A stretch of DNA of 64,000 nucleotides from Auanema rhodensis (lineage: Eukaryota; Animalia; Nematoda): positions 620,001 through 684,000 of the forward strand of contig OZ059897.1 of assembly GCA_964057225.1 (NCBI GenBank). The letters run 5' to 3'. The stretch's first letter is position 1. Each line of letters starts with the position of its first letter. The notes beneath the pieces are model-generated. The model was not told the DNA's origin, ran no database searches, and was given only the letters and a program-made list of their open reading frames with translations. Positions 41,401 through 54,999 of this stretch are shown piece by piece. The translations under genes and the position numbers were made by a program.

Positions 41401-43140
41401 TAGTACAGATCGACGCAGCTTAAAAATCCGCATCGAATGCACTATACTACATTGAGAAACGCTTAATACAAAAATAAGTTATGATCGTTTGTAAAATGAT
41501 GCATTAGTGTATGTTGAGTTTCCATGTACACTCAAAATTGCTTCCAAAAACATTTTGACAAAAATTTTTTCGAAAAATTTCAAAATAATTTAGCGAAAAG
41601 TAGATGTTTTTAGATTCCTTTTTTCGAGGCAAAAACGATGGACAATGTTATTCAACGAAAAAATTAATTCTTCAGGGTGAAAATCGAGGATATAAGTGTG
41701 AACTTATATCAGTTGATATCTCGGTGCATTTTTCAGCTAGCGCAAATCTGATAACACAGATCGACGCAGCTTAAAAATCCGCATCGAATGCACTATACTA
41801 CATTGAGAAACGCTTAATACAAAAATTAGTTATGATCGTTTGAAAAATGATGCATTAGTGTATGTTGAGTTTCCATGTACACTCAAAATTGCTTCCAAAA
41901 ACATTTTGACAAAAATTTTTTCGAAAAATTTCAAAATAATTTAGCGAAAAGTAGATGTTTTTAGCTTCCTTTTTTCGAGGCAAAAACGATGGACAATGTA
42001 ATTCAACGAAAAAATTAATTCTTCAGGGTGAAAATCGAGGATATAAGTGTGAACTTATATCAGTTGATATCTCGGTGCATTTTTAAGCTAGCGGAAATCT
42101 GATAACACAGATCGACGCAGCTTAAAAGTCCGCATCGAATGCACTATACTACATTGAGAAACGCTTAATACCAAAATTAGTTATGATCGTTTGAAAAATG
42201 ATGCATTAGTGTATGTTGAGTTTCCATGTACACTCAAAATTGCTTCCAAAAACATTTTGACAAAAATTTTTTCGAAAAATTTCAAAATAATTTAGCGAAA
42301 AGTAGATGTTTTTAGCTTCCTTTTTTCGAGGCAAAAACGATGGACAATGTTATTCAACGAAAAAATTAATTCTTCAGGGTGAAAATCGAGGATATAAGTG
42401 TCAACTTATATCAGTTGATATCTCGGTGCATTTTCAAGCTAGCGCAAATCTGATAGTACAGATCGACGCAGCTTAAAAATCCGCATCGAATGCACTATAC
42501 TACATTGAGAAACGCTTAATACAAAAATAAGTTATGATCGTTTGTAAAATGATGCATTAGTGTATGTTGAGTTTCCATGTACACTCAAAATTGCTTCCAA
42601 AAACATTTTGACAAAAATTTTTTCGAAAAATTTCAAAATAATTTAGCGAAAAGTAGATGTTTTTAGATTCCTTTTTTCGAAGCAAAAACGATGGACAATG
42701 TTATTCAACGAAAAAATTAATTCTTCAGGGTGAAAATCGAGGATATAAGTGTGAACTTATATCAGTTGATATCTCGGTGCATTTTTCAGCTAGCGCAAAT
42801 CTGATAACACAGATCGACGCAGCTTAAAAATCCGCATCGAATGCACTATACTACATTGAGAAACGCTTAATACAAAAATTAGTTATGATCGTTTGAAAAA
42901 TGATGCATTAGTGTATGTTGAGTTTCCATGTACACTCAAAATTGCTTCCAAAAACATTTTGACAAAAATTTTTTCGAAAAATTTCAAAATAATTTAGCGA
43001 AAAGTAGATGTTTTTAGCTTCCTTTTTTCGAGGCAAAAACGATGGACAATGTAATTCATCGAAAAAATTAATTCTTCAGGGTGAAAATCGAGGATATAAG
43101 TGTGAACTTATATCAGTTGATATCTCGGTGCATTTTTTAG
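35416..43140. repeat. 11-monomer tandem duplication (3861-bp period, two copies)
   Basis: Four rare variants each occur twice, 3861 apart: GATACTAC 35787/39648; AAAATTCGC 36865/40726; TTCGAAGC 38820/42681; TTCATCG 39198/43059. Confidence 0.93.
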
Positions 43141-43499
43141 CTAGCGGAAATCTGATAACACAGATCGACGCAGCTTAAAAGTCCGCATCGAATGCACTAT
43201 ACTACATTGAGAAACGCTTAATACAAAAATTAGTTATGATCGTTTGAAAAATGATGCATTAGTGTATGTTGAGTTTCCATGTACACTCAAAATTGCTTCC
43301 AAAAACATTTTGACAAAAATTTTTTCGAAAAATTTCAAAATAATTTAGCAAAAAGTAGATGTTTTTAGATTCCTTTTTTCGAGGCAAAAACGATGGACAA
43401 TGTTATTCAACGAAAAAATTAATTCTTCAGGGTGAAAATCGAGGATATAAGTGTGAACTTATATCAGTTGATATCTCGGTGCATTTTTCAGCTAGCGCA

Positions 43500-46400
43500 A
43501 ATCTGATAACACAGATCGACGCAGCTTAAAAATCCGCATCGAATGCACTATACTACATTGAAAAACGCTTAATACCAAAATTAGTTATGATCGTTTGAAA
43601 AATGATGCATTAGTGTATGTTGAGTTTCCATGTACACTCAAAATTGCTTCCAAAAACATTTTGACAAAAATTTTTTCGAAAAATTTCAAAATAATTTAGC
43701 GAAAAGTAGATGTTTTTAGATTCCTTTTTTCAAGGCAAAAACGATGGACAATGTTATTCAACGAAAAAATTAATTCTTCAGGGTGAAAATCGAGGATATA
43801 AGTGTGAACTTATATCAGTTGATATCTCGGTGCATTTTTAAGCTAGCGGAAATCTGATAACACAGATCGACGCAGCTTAAAAGTCCGCATCGAATGCACT
43901 ATACTACATTGAGAAACGCTTAATACAAAAATTAGTTATGATCGTTTGAAAAATGATGCATTAGTGTATGTTGAGTTTCCATGTACACTCAAAATTGCTT
44001 CCAAAAACATTTTGACAAAAATTTTTTCGAAAAATTTCAAAATAATTTAGCGAAAAGTAGATGTTTTTAGCTTCCTTTTTTCGAGGCAAAAACGATGGAC
44101 AATGTAATTCAACGAAAAAATTAATTCTTCAGGGTGAAAATCGAGGATATAAGTGTGAACTTATATCAGTTGATATCTCGGTGCATTTTTAAGCTAGCGG
44201 AAATCTGATAACACAGATCGACGCAGCTTAAAAGTCCGCATCGAATGCACTATACTACATTGAGAAACGCTTAATACAAAAATTAGTTATGATCGTTTGA
44301 AAAATGATGCATTAGTGTATGTTGAGTTTCCATGTACACTCAAAATTGCTTCCAAAAACATTTTGACAAAAATTTTTTCGAAAAATTTCAAAATAATTTA
44401 GCGAAAAGTAGATGTTTTTAGATTCCTTTTTTCGAGGCAAAAACGATGGACAATGTTATTCAACGAAAAAATTAATTCTTCAGGGTGAAAATCGAGGATA
44501 TAAGTGTCAACTTATATCAGTTGATATCTCGGTGCATTTTTAAGCTAGCGGAAATCTGATAACACAGATCGACGCAGCTTAAAAGTCCGCATCGAATGCA
44601 CTATACTACATTGAGAAACGCTTAATACAAAAATTAGTTATAATCGTTTGAAAAATGATGCATTAGTGTATGTTGAGTTTCCATGTACACTCAAAATTGC
44701 TTCCAAAAACATTTTGACAAAAATTTTTTCGAAAAATTTCAAAATAATTTAGCGAAAAGTAGATGTTTTTAGATTCCTTTTTTCGAGGCAAAAACGATGG
44801 ACAATGTTATTCAACGAAAAAATTAATTCTTCAGGGTGAAAATCGAGGATATAAGTGTGAACTTATATCAGTTGATATCTCGGTGCATTTTTCAGCTAGC
44901 GCAAATCTGATAACACAGATCGACGCAGCTTAAAAATCCGCATCGAATGCACTATACTACATTGAAAAACGCTTAATACCAAAATTAGTTATGATCGTTT
45001 GAAAAATGATGCATTAGTGTATGTTGAGTTTCCATGTACACTCAAAATTGCTTCCAAAAACATTTTGACAAAAATTTTTTCGAAAAATTTCAAAATAATT
45101 TAGCGAAAAGTAGATGTTTTTAGATTCCTTTTTTCAAGGCAAAAACGATGGACAATGTTATTCAACGAAAAAATTAATTCTTCAGGGTGAAAATCGAGGA
45201 TATAAGTGTGAACTTATATCAGTTGATATCTCGGTGCATTTTTAAGCTAGCGGAAATCTGATAACACAGATCGACGCAGCTTAAAAGTCCGCATCGAATG
45301 CACTATACTACATTGAGAAACGCTTAATACAAAAATTAGTTATGATCGTTTGAAAAATGATGCATTAGTGTATGTTGAGTTTCCATGTACACTCAAAATT
45401 GCTTCCAAAAACATTTTGACAAAAATTTTTTCGAAAAATTTCAAAATAATTTAGCGAAAAGTAGATGTTTTTAGCTTCCTTTTTTCGAGGCAAAAACGAT
45501 GGACAATGTTATTCAACGAAAAAATTAATTCTTCAGGGTGAAAATCGAGGATATAAGTGTGAACTTATATCAGTTGATATCTCGGTGCATTTTTCAGCTA
45601 GCGCAAATCTGATAACACAGATCGACGCAGCTTAAAAATCCGCATCGAATGCACTATACTACATTGAAAAACGCTTAATACCAAAATTAGTTATGATCGT
45701 TTGAAAAATGATGCATTAGTGTATGTTGAGTTTCCATGTACACTCAAAATTGCTTCCAAAAACATTTTGACAAAAATTTTTTCGAAAAATTTCAAAATAA
45801 TTTAGCGAAAAGTAGATGTTTTTAGATTCCTTTTTTCAAGGCAAAAACGATGGACAATGTTATTCAACGAAAAAATTAATTTTTCAGGGTGAAAATCGAG
45901 GATATAGGTGTGAACTTATATCAGTTGATATCTCGGTGCATTTTTCAGCTAGCGCAAATCTGATAACACAGATCGACGCAGCTTAAAAATCCGCATCGAA
46001 TGCACTATACTACATTGAGAAACGCTTAATACCAAAATTAGTTATGATCGTTTGAAAAATGATGCATTAGTGTATGTTGAGTTTCCATGTACACTCAAAA
46101 TTGCTTCCAAAAACATTTTGACAAAAATTTTTTCGAAAAATTTCAAAATAATTTAGCGAAAAGTAGATGTTTTTAGATTCCTTTTTTCGAGGCAAAAACG
46201 ATGGACAATGTTATTCAACGAAAAAATTAATTCTTCAGGGTGAAAATCGAGGATATAAGTGTCAACTTATATCAGTTGATATCTCGGTGCATTTTCAAGC
46301 TAGCGCAAATCTGATAGTACAGATCGACGCAGCTTAAAAATCCGCATCGAATGCACTATACTACATTGAGAAACGCTTAATACCAAAATTAGTTATGATC

Positions 46401-49400
46401 GTTTGAAAAATGATGCATTAGTGTATGTTGAGTTTCCATGTACACTCAAAATTGCTTCCAAAAACATTTTGACAAAAATTTTTTCGAAAAATTTCAAAAT
46501 AATTTAGCGAAAAGTAGATGTTTTTAGCTTCCTTTTTTCGAGGCAAAAACGATGGACAATGTTATTCAACGAAAAAATTAATTCTTCAGGGTGAAAATCG
46601 AGGATATAAGTGTCAACTTATATCAGTTGATATCTCGTTGCATTTTCAAGCTAGCGCAAATCTGATAGTACAGATCGACGCAGCTTAAAAATCCGCATCG
46701 AATGCACTATACTACATTGAGAAACGCTTAATACAAAAATAAGTTATGATCGTTTGTAAAATGATGCATTAGTGTATGTTGAGTTTCCATGTACACTCAA
46801 AATTACTTCCAAAAACATTTTGACAAAAATTTTTTCGAAAAATTTCAAAATAATTTAGCAAAAAGTAGATGTTTTTAGATTCCTTTTTTCGAGGCAAAAA
46901 CGATGGACAATGTTATTCAACGAAAAAATTAATTCTTCAGGGTGAAAATCGAGGATATAAGTGTGAACTTATATCAGTTGATATCTCGGTGCATTTTTCA
47001 GCTAGCGCAAATCTGATAACACAGATCGACGCAGCTTAAAAATCCGCATCGAATGCACTATACTACATTGAGAAACGCTTAATACAAAAATTAGTTATGA
47101 TCGTTTGAAAAATGATGCATTAGTGTATGTTGAGTTTCCATGTACACTCAAAATTGCTTCCAAAAACATTTTGACAAAAATTTTTTCGAAAAATTTCAAA
47201 ATAATTTAGCGAAAAGTAGATGTTTTTAGCTTCCTTTTTTCGAGGCAAAAACGATGGACAATGTAATTCAACGAAAAAATTAATTCTTCAGGGTGAAAAT
47301 CGAGGATATAAGTGTGAACTTATATCAGTTGATATCTCGGTGCATTTTTAAGCTAGCGGAAATCTGATAACACAGATCGACGCAGCTTAAAAGTCCGCAT
47401 CGAATGCACTATACTACATTGAGAAACGCTTAATACAAAAATTAGTTATGATCGTTTGAAAAATGATGCATTAGTGTATGTTGAGTTTCCATGTACACTC
47501 AAAATTGCTTCCAAAAACATTTTGACAAAAATTTTTTCGAAAAATTTCAAAATAATTTAGCGAAAAGTAGATGTTTTTAGATTCCTTTTTTCGAGGCAAA
47601 AACGATGGACAATGTTATTCAACGAAAAAATTAATTCTTCAGGGTGAAAATCGAGGATATAAGTGTGAACTTATATCAGTTGATATCTCGGTGCATTTTT
47701 CAGCTAGCGCAAATCTGATAACACAGATCGACGCAGCTTAAAAATCCGCATCGAATGCACTATACTACATTGAAAAACGCTTAATACCAAAATTAGTTAT
47801 GATCGTTTGAAAAATGATGCATTAGTGTATGTTGAGTTTCCATGTACACTCAAAATTGCTTCCAAAAACATTTTGACAAAAATTTTTTCGAAAAATTTCA
47901 AAATAATTTAGCGAAAAGTAGATGTTTTTAGATTCCTTTTTTCGAGGCAAAAACGATGGACAATGTTATTCAACGAAAAAATTAATTCTTCAGGGTGAAA
48001 ATCGAGGATATAAGTGTCAACTTATATCAGTTGATATCTCGGTGCATTTTCAAGCTAGCGCAAATCTGATAGTACAGATCGACGCAGCTTAAAAATCCGC
48101 ATCGAATGCACTATACTACATTGAGAAACGCTTAATACCAAAATTAGTTATGATCGTTTGAAAAATGATGCATTAGTGTATGTTGAGTTTCCATGTACAC
48201 TCAAAATTGCTTCCAAAAACATTTTGACAAAAATTTTTTCGAAAAATTTCAAAATAATTTAGCGAAAAGTAGATGTTTTTAGATTCTTTTTTTCAAGGCA
48301 AAAACGATGGACAATGTTATTCAACGAAAAAATTAATTCTTCAGGGTGAAAATCGAGGATATAAGTGTGAACTTATATCAGTTGATATCTCGGTGCATTT
48401 TTCAGCTAGCGCAAATCTGATAACACAGATCGACGCAGCTTAAAAATCCGCATCGAATGCACTATACTACATTGAAAAACGCTTAATACCAAAATTAGTT
48501 ATGATCGTTTGAAAAATGATGCATTAGTGTATGTTGAGTTTCCATGTACACTCAAAATTGCTTCCAAAAACATTTTGACAAAAATTTTTTCGAAAAATTT
48601 CAAAATAATTTAGCGAAAAGTAGATGTTTTTAGATTCCTTTTTTCGAGGCAAAAACGATGGACAATGTTATTCAACGAAAAAATTAATTCTTCAGGGTGA
48701 AAATCGAGGATATAAGTGTCAACTTATATCAGTTGATATCTCGGTGCATTTTCAAGCTAGCGCAAATCTGATAGTACAGATCGACGCAGCTTAAAAATCC
48801 GCATCGAATGCACTATACTACATTGAGAAACGCTTAATACCAAAATTAGTTATGATCGTTTGAAAAATGATGCATTAGTGTATGTTGAGTTTCCATGTAC
48901 ACTCAAAATTGCTTCCAAAAACATTTTGACAAAAATTTTTTCGAAAAATTTCAAAATAATTTAGCGAAAAGTAGATGTTTTTAGATTCCTTTTTTCGAGG
49001 CAAAAACGATGGACAATGTTATTCAACGAAAAAATTAATTCTTCAGGGTGAAAATCGAGGATATAAGTGTGAACTTATATCAGTTGATATCTCGGTGCAT
49101 TTTTCAGCTAGCGCAAATCTGATAACACAGATCGACGCAGCTTAAAAATCCGCATCGAATGCACTATACTACATTGAAAAACGCTTAATACCAAAATTAG
49201 TTATGATCGTTTGAAAAATGATGCATTAGTGTATGTTGAGTTTCCATGTACACTCAAAATTGCTTCCAAAAACATTTTGACAAAAATTTTTTCGAAAAAT
49301 TTCAAAATAATTTAGCGAAAAGTAGATGTTTTTAGATTCCTTTTTTCGAGGCAAAAACGATGGACAATGTTATTCAACGAAAAAATTAATTCTTCAGGGT

Positions 49401-52400
49401 GAAAATCGAGGATATAAGTGTCAACTTATATCAGTTGATATCTCGGTGCATTTTCAAGCTAGCGCAAATCTGATAGTACAGATCGACGCAGCTTAAAAAT
49501 CCGCATCGAATGCACTATACTACATTGAGAAACGCTTAATACCAAAATTAGTTATGATCGTTTGAAAAATGATGCATTAGTGTATGTTGAGTTTCCATGT
49601 ACACTCAAAATTGCTTCCAAAAACATTTTGACAAAAATTTTTTCGAAAAATTTCAAAATAATTTAGCGAAAAGTAGATGTTTTTAGCTTCCTTTTTTCGA
49701 GGCAAAAACGATGGACAATGTTATTCAACGAAAAAATTAATTCTTCAGGGTGAAAATCGAGGATATAAGTGTCAACTTATATCAGTTGATATCTCGTTGC
49801 ATTTTCAAGCTAGCGCAAATCTGATAGTACAGATCGACGCAGCTTAAAAATCCGCATCGAATGCACTATACTACATTGAGAAACGCTTAATACAAAAATA
49901 AGTTATGATCGTTTGTAAAATGATGCATTAGTGTATGTTGAGTTTCCATGTACACTCAAAATTACTTCCAAAAACATTTTGACAAAAATTTTTTCGAAAA
50001 ATTTCAAAATAATTTAGCAAAAAGTAGATGTTTTTAGATTCCTTTTTTCGAGGCAAAAACGATAGACAATGTTATTCAACGAAAAAATTAATTCTTCAGG
50101 GTGAAAATCGAGGATATAAGTGTGAACTTATATCAGTTGATATCTCGGTGCATTTTTCAGCTAGCGCAAATCTGATAACACAGATCGACGCAGCTTAAAA
50201 ATCCGCATCGAATGCACTATACTACATTGAGAAACGCTTAATACAAAAATTAGTTATGATCGTTTGAAAAATGATGCATTAGTGTATGTTGAGTTTCCAT
50301 GTACACTCAAAATTGCTTCCAAAAACATTTTGACAAAAATTTTTTCGAAAAATTTCAAAATAATTTAGCGAAAAGTAGATGTTTTTAGCTTCCTTTTTTC
50401 GAGGCAAAAACGATGGACAATGTAATTCAACGAAAAAATTAATTCTTCAGGGTGAAAATCGAGGATATAAGTGTGAACTTATATCAGTTGATATCTCGGT
50501 GCATTTTTAAGCTAGCGGAAATCTGATAACACAGATCGACGCAGCTTAAAAGTCCGCATCGAATGCACTATACTACATTGAGAAACGCTTAATACAAAAA
50601 TTAGTTATGATCGTTTGAAAAATGATGCATTAGTGTATGTTGAGTTTCCATGTACACTCAAAATTGCTTCCAAAAACATTTTGACAAAAATTTTTTCGAA
50701 AAATTTCAAAATAATTTAGCGAAAAGTAGATGTTTTTAGATTCCTTTTTTCGAGGCAAAAACGATGGACAATGTTATTCAACGAAAAAATTAATTCTTCA
50801 GGGTGAAAATCGAGGATATAAGTGTGAACTTATATCAGTTGATATCTCGGTGCATTTTTCAGCTAGCGCAAATCTGATAACACAGATCGACGCAGCTTAA
50901 AAATCCGCATCGAATGCACTATACTACATTGAAAAACGCTTAATACCAAAATTAGTTATGATCGTTTGAAAAATGATGCATTAGTGTATGTTGAGTTTCC
51001 ATGTACACTCAAAATTGCTTCCAAAAACATTTTGACAAAAATTTTTTCGAAAAATTTCAAAATAATTTAGCGAAAAGTAGATGTTTTTAGATTCCTTTTT
51101 TCAAGGCAAAAACGATGGACAATGTTATTCAACGAAAAAATTAATTCTTCAGGGTGAAAATCGAGGATATAAGTGTGAACTTATATCAGTTGATATCTCG
51201 GTGCATTTTTAAGCTAGCGGAAATCTGATAACACAGATCGACGCAGCTTAAAAGTCCGCATCGAATGCACTATACTACATTGAGAAACGCTTAATACAAA
51301 AATTAGTTATGATCGTTTGAAAAATGATGCATTAGTGTATGTTGAGTTTCCATGTACACTCAAAATTGCTTCCAAAAACATTTTGACAAAAATTTTTTCG
51401 AAAAATTTCAAAATAATTTAGCGAAAAGTAGATGTTTTTAGATTCCTTTTTTCGAGGCAAAAACGATGGACAATGTTATTCAACGAAAAAATTAATTCTT
51501 CAGGGTGAAAATCGAGGATATAAGTGTCAACTTATATCAGTTGATATCTCGGTGCATTTTTCAGCTAGCGCAAATCTGATAACACAGATCGACGCAGCTT
51601 AAAAATCCGCATCGAATGCACTATACTACATTGAAAAACGCTTAATACCAAAATTAGTTATGATCGTTTGAAAAATGATGCATTAGTGTATGTTGAGTTT
51701 CCATGTACACTCAAAATTGCTTCCAAAAACATTTTGACAAAAATTTTTTCGAAAAATTTCAAAATAATTTAGCGAAAAGTAGATGTTTTTAGATTCCTTT
51801 TTTCAAGGCAAAAACGATGGACAATGTTATTCAACGAAAAAATTAATTCTTCAGGGTGAAAATCGAGGATATAAGTGTGAACTTATATCAGTTGATATCT
51901 CGGTGCATTTTTAAGCTAGCGGAAATCTGATAACACAGATCGACGCAGCTTAAAAGTCCGCATCGAATGCACTATACTACATTGAGAAACGCTTAATACA
52001 AAAATTAGTTATGATCGTTTGAAAAATGATGCATTAGTGTATGTTGAGTTTCCATGTACACTCAAAATTGCTTCCAAAAACATTTTGACAAAAATTTTTT
52101 CGAAAAATTTCAAAATAATTTAGCGAAAAGTAGATGTTTTTAGATTCCTTTTTTCGAGGCAAAAACGATGGACAATGTTATTCAACGAAAAAATTAATTC
52201 TTCAGGGTGAAAATCGAGGATATAAGTGTCAACTTATATCAGTTGATATCTCGGTGCATTTTTAAGCTAGCGGAAATCTGATAACACAGATCGACGCAGC
52301 TTAAAAGTCCGCATCGAATGCACTATACTACATTGAGAAACGCTTAATACAAAAATTAGTTATGATCGTTTGAAAAATGATGCATTAGTGTATGTTGAGT

Positions 52401-53800
52401 TTCCATGTACACTCAAAATTGCTTCCAAAAACATTTTGACAAAAATTTTTTCGAAAAATTTCAAAATAATTTAGCGAAAAGTAGATGTTTTTAGCTTCCT
52501 TTTTTCGAGGCAAAAACGATGGACAATGTTATTCAACGAAAAAATTAATTCTTCAGGGTGAAAATCGAGGATATAAGTGTGAACTTATATCAGTTGATAT
52601 CTCGGTGCATTTTTCAGCTAGCGCAAATCTGATAACACAGATCGACGCAGCTTAAAAATCCGCATCGAATGCACTATACTACATTGAAAAACGCTTAATA
52701 CCAAAATTAGTTATGATCGTTTGAAAAATGATGCATTAGTGTATGTTGAGTTTCCATGTACACTCAAAATTGCTTCCAAAAACATTTTGACAAAAATTTT
52801 TTCGAAAAATTTCAAAATAATTTAGCGAAAAGTAGATGTTTTTAGATTCCTTTTTTCAAGGCAAAAACGATGGACAATGTTATTCAACGAAAAAATTAAT
52901 TTTTCAGGGTGAAAATCGAGGATATAGGTGTGAACTTATATCAGTTGATATCTCGGTGCATTTTTCAGCTAGCGCAAATCTGATAACACAGATCGACGCA
53001 GCTTAAAAATCCGCATCGAATGCACTATACTACATTGAGAAACGCTTAATACCAAAATTAGTTATGATCGTTTGAAAAATGATGCATTAGTGTATGTTGA
53101 GTTTCCATGTACACTCAAAATTGCTTCCAAAAACATTTTGACAAAAATTTTTTCGAAAAATTTCAAAATAATTTAGCGAAAAGTAGATGTTTTTAGATTC
53201 CTTTTTTCGAGGCAAAAACGATGGACAATGTTATTCAACGAAAAAATTAATTCTTCAGGGTGAAAATCGAGGATATAAGTGTCAACTTATATCAGTTGAT
53301 ATCTCGGTGCATTTTCAAGCTAGCGCAAATCTGATAGTACAGATCGACGCAGCTTAAAAATCCGCATCGAATGCACTATACTACATTGAGAAACGCTTAA
53401 TACCAAAATTAGTTATGATCGTTTGAAAAATGATGCATTAGTGTATGTTGAGTTTCCATGTACACTCAAAATTGCTTCCAAAAACATTTTGACAAAAATT
53501 TTTTCGAAAAATTTCAAAATAATTTAGCGAAAAGTAGATGTTTTTAGCTTCCTTTTTTCGAGGCAAAAACGATGGACAATGTTATTCAACGAAAAAATTA
53601 ATTCTTCAGGGTGAAAATCGAGGATATAAGTGTCAACTTATATCAGTTGATATCTCGTTGCATTTTCAAGCTAGCGCAAATCTGATAGTACAGATCGACG
53701 CAGCTTAAAAATCCGCATCGAATGCACTATACTACATTGAGAAACGCTTAATACAAAAATAAGTTATGATCGTTTGTAAAATGATGCATTAGTGTATGTT
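43500..53800. repeat. Sub-layer of C marked by G44A (TTGAAAAACG), with block duplications at 9- and 20-monomer distance
   Basis: G44A runs from 43562 to 52688. CTCGTTG is at 46638/49797/53658 (+3159, +7020). AATTACTTCC is at 46805/49964 (+3159). AATTTTTCAGG plus TATAGGTG are at ~45882-45907 and ~52902-52927 (+7020). Confidence 0.8.
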
Positions 53801-54999
53801 GAGTTTCCATGTACACTCAAAATTGCTTCCAAAAACATTTTGACAAAAATTTTTTCGAAAAATTTCAAAATAATTTAGCAAAAAGTAGATGTTTTTAGAT
53901 TCTTTTTTTCAAGGCAAAAACGATGGACAATGTAATTCAACGAAAAAATTAATTCTTCAGGGTGAAAATCGAGGATATAAGTGTGAACTTATATCAGTTG
54001 ATATCTCGGTGCATTTTTAAGCTAGCGGAAATCTGATAACACAGATCGACGCAGCTTAAAAGTCCGCATCGAATGCACTATACTACATTGAGAAACGCTT
54101 AATACCAAAATTAGTTATGATCGTTTGAAAAATGATGCATTAGTGTATGTTGAGTTTCCATGTACACTCAAAATTGCTTCCAAAAACATTTTGACAAAAA
54201 TTTTTTCGAAAAATTTCAAAATAATTTAGCGAAAAGTAGATGTTTTTAGCTTCCTTTTTTCGAGGCAAAAACGATGGACAATGTAATTCAACGAAAAAAT
54301 TAATTCTTCAGGGTGAAAATCGAGGATATAAGTGTGAACTTATATCAGTTGATATCTCGGTGCATTTTTAAGCTAGCGGAAATCTGATAACACAGATCGA
54401 CGCAGCTTAAAAATCCGCATCGAATGCACTATACTACATTGAGAAACGCTAAATACAAAAATTAGTTATGATCGTTTGAAAAATGATGCATTAGTGTATG
54501 TTGAGTTTCCATGTACACTCAAAATTGCTTCCAAAAACATTTTGACAAAAATTTTTTCGAAAAATTTCAAAATAATTTAGCGAAAAGTAGATGTTTTTAG
54601 ATTCCTTTTTTCGAGGCAAAAACGATGGACAATGTTATTCAACGAAAAAATTAATTCTTCAGGGTGAAAATCGAGGATATAAGTGTGAACTTATATCAGT
54701 TGATATCTCGGTGCATTTTTCAGCTAGCGCAAATCTGATAGTACAGATCGACGCAGCTTAAAAATCCGCATCGAATGCACTATACTACATTGAGAAACGC
54801 TAAATACAAAAATAAGTTATGATCGTTTGAAAAATGATGCATTAGTGTATGTTGAGTTTCCATGTACACTCAAAATTGCTTCCAAAAACATTTTGACAAA
54901 AATTTTTTCGAAAAATTTCAAAATAATTTAGCGAAAAGTAGATGTTTTTAGCTTCCTTTTTTCGAGGCAAAAACGATGGACAATGTTATTCAACGAAAA

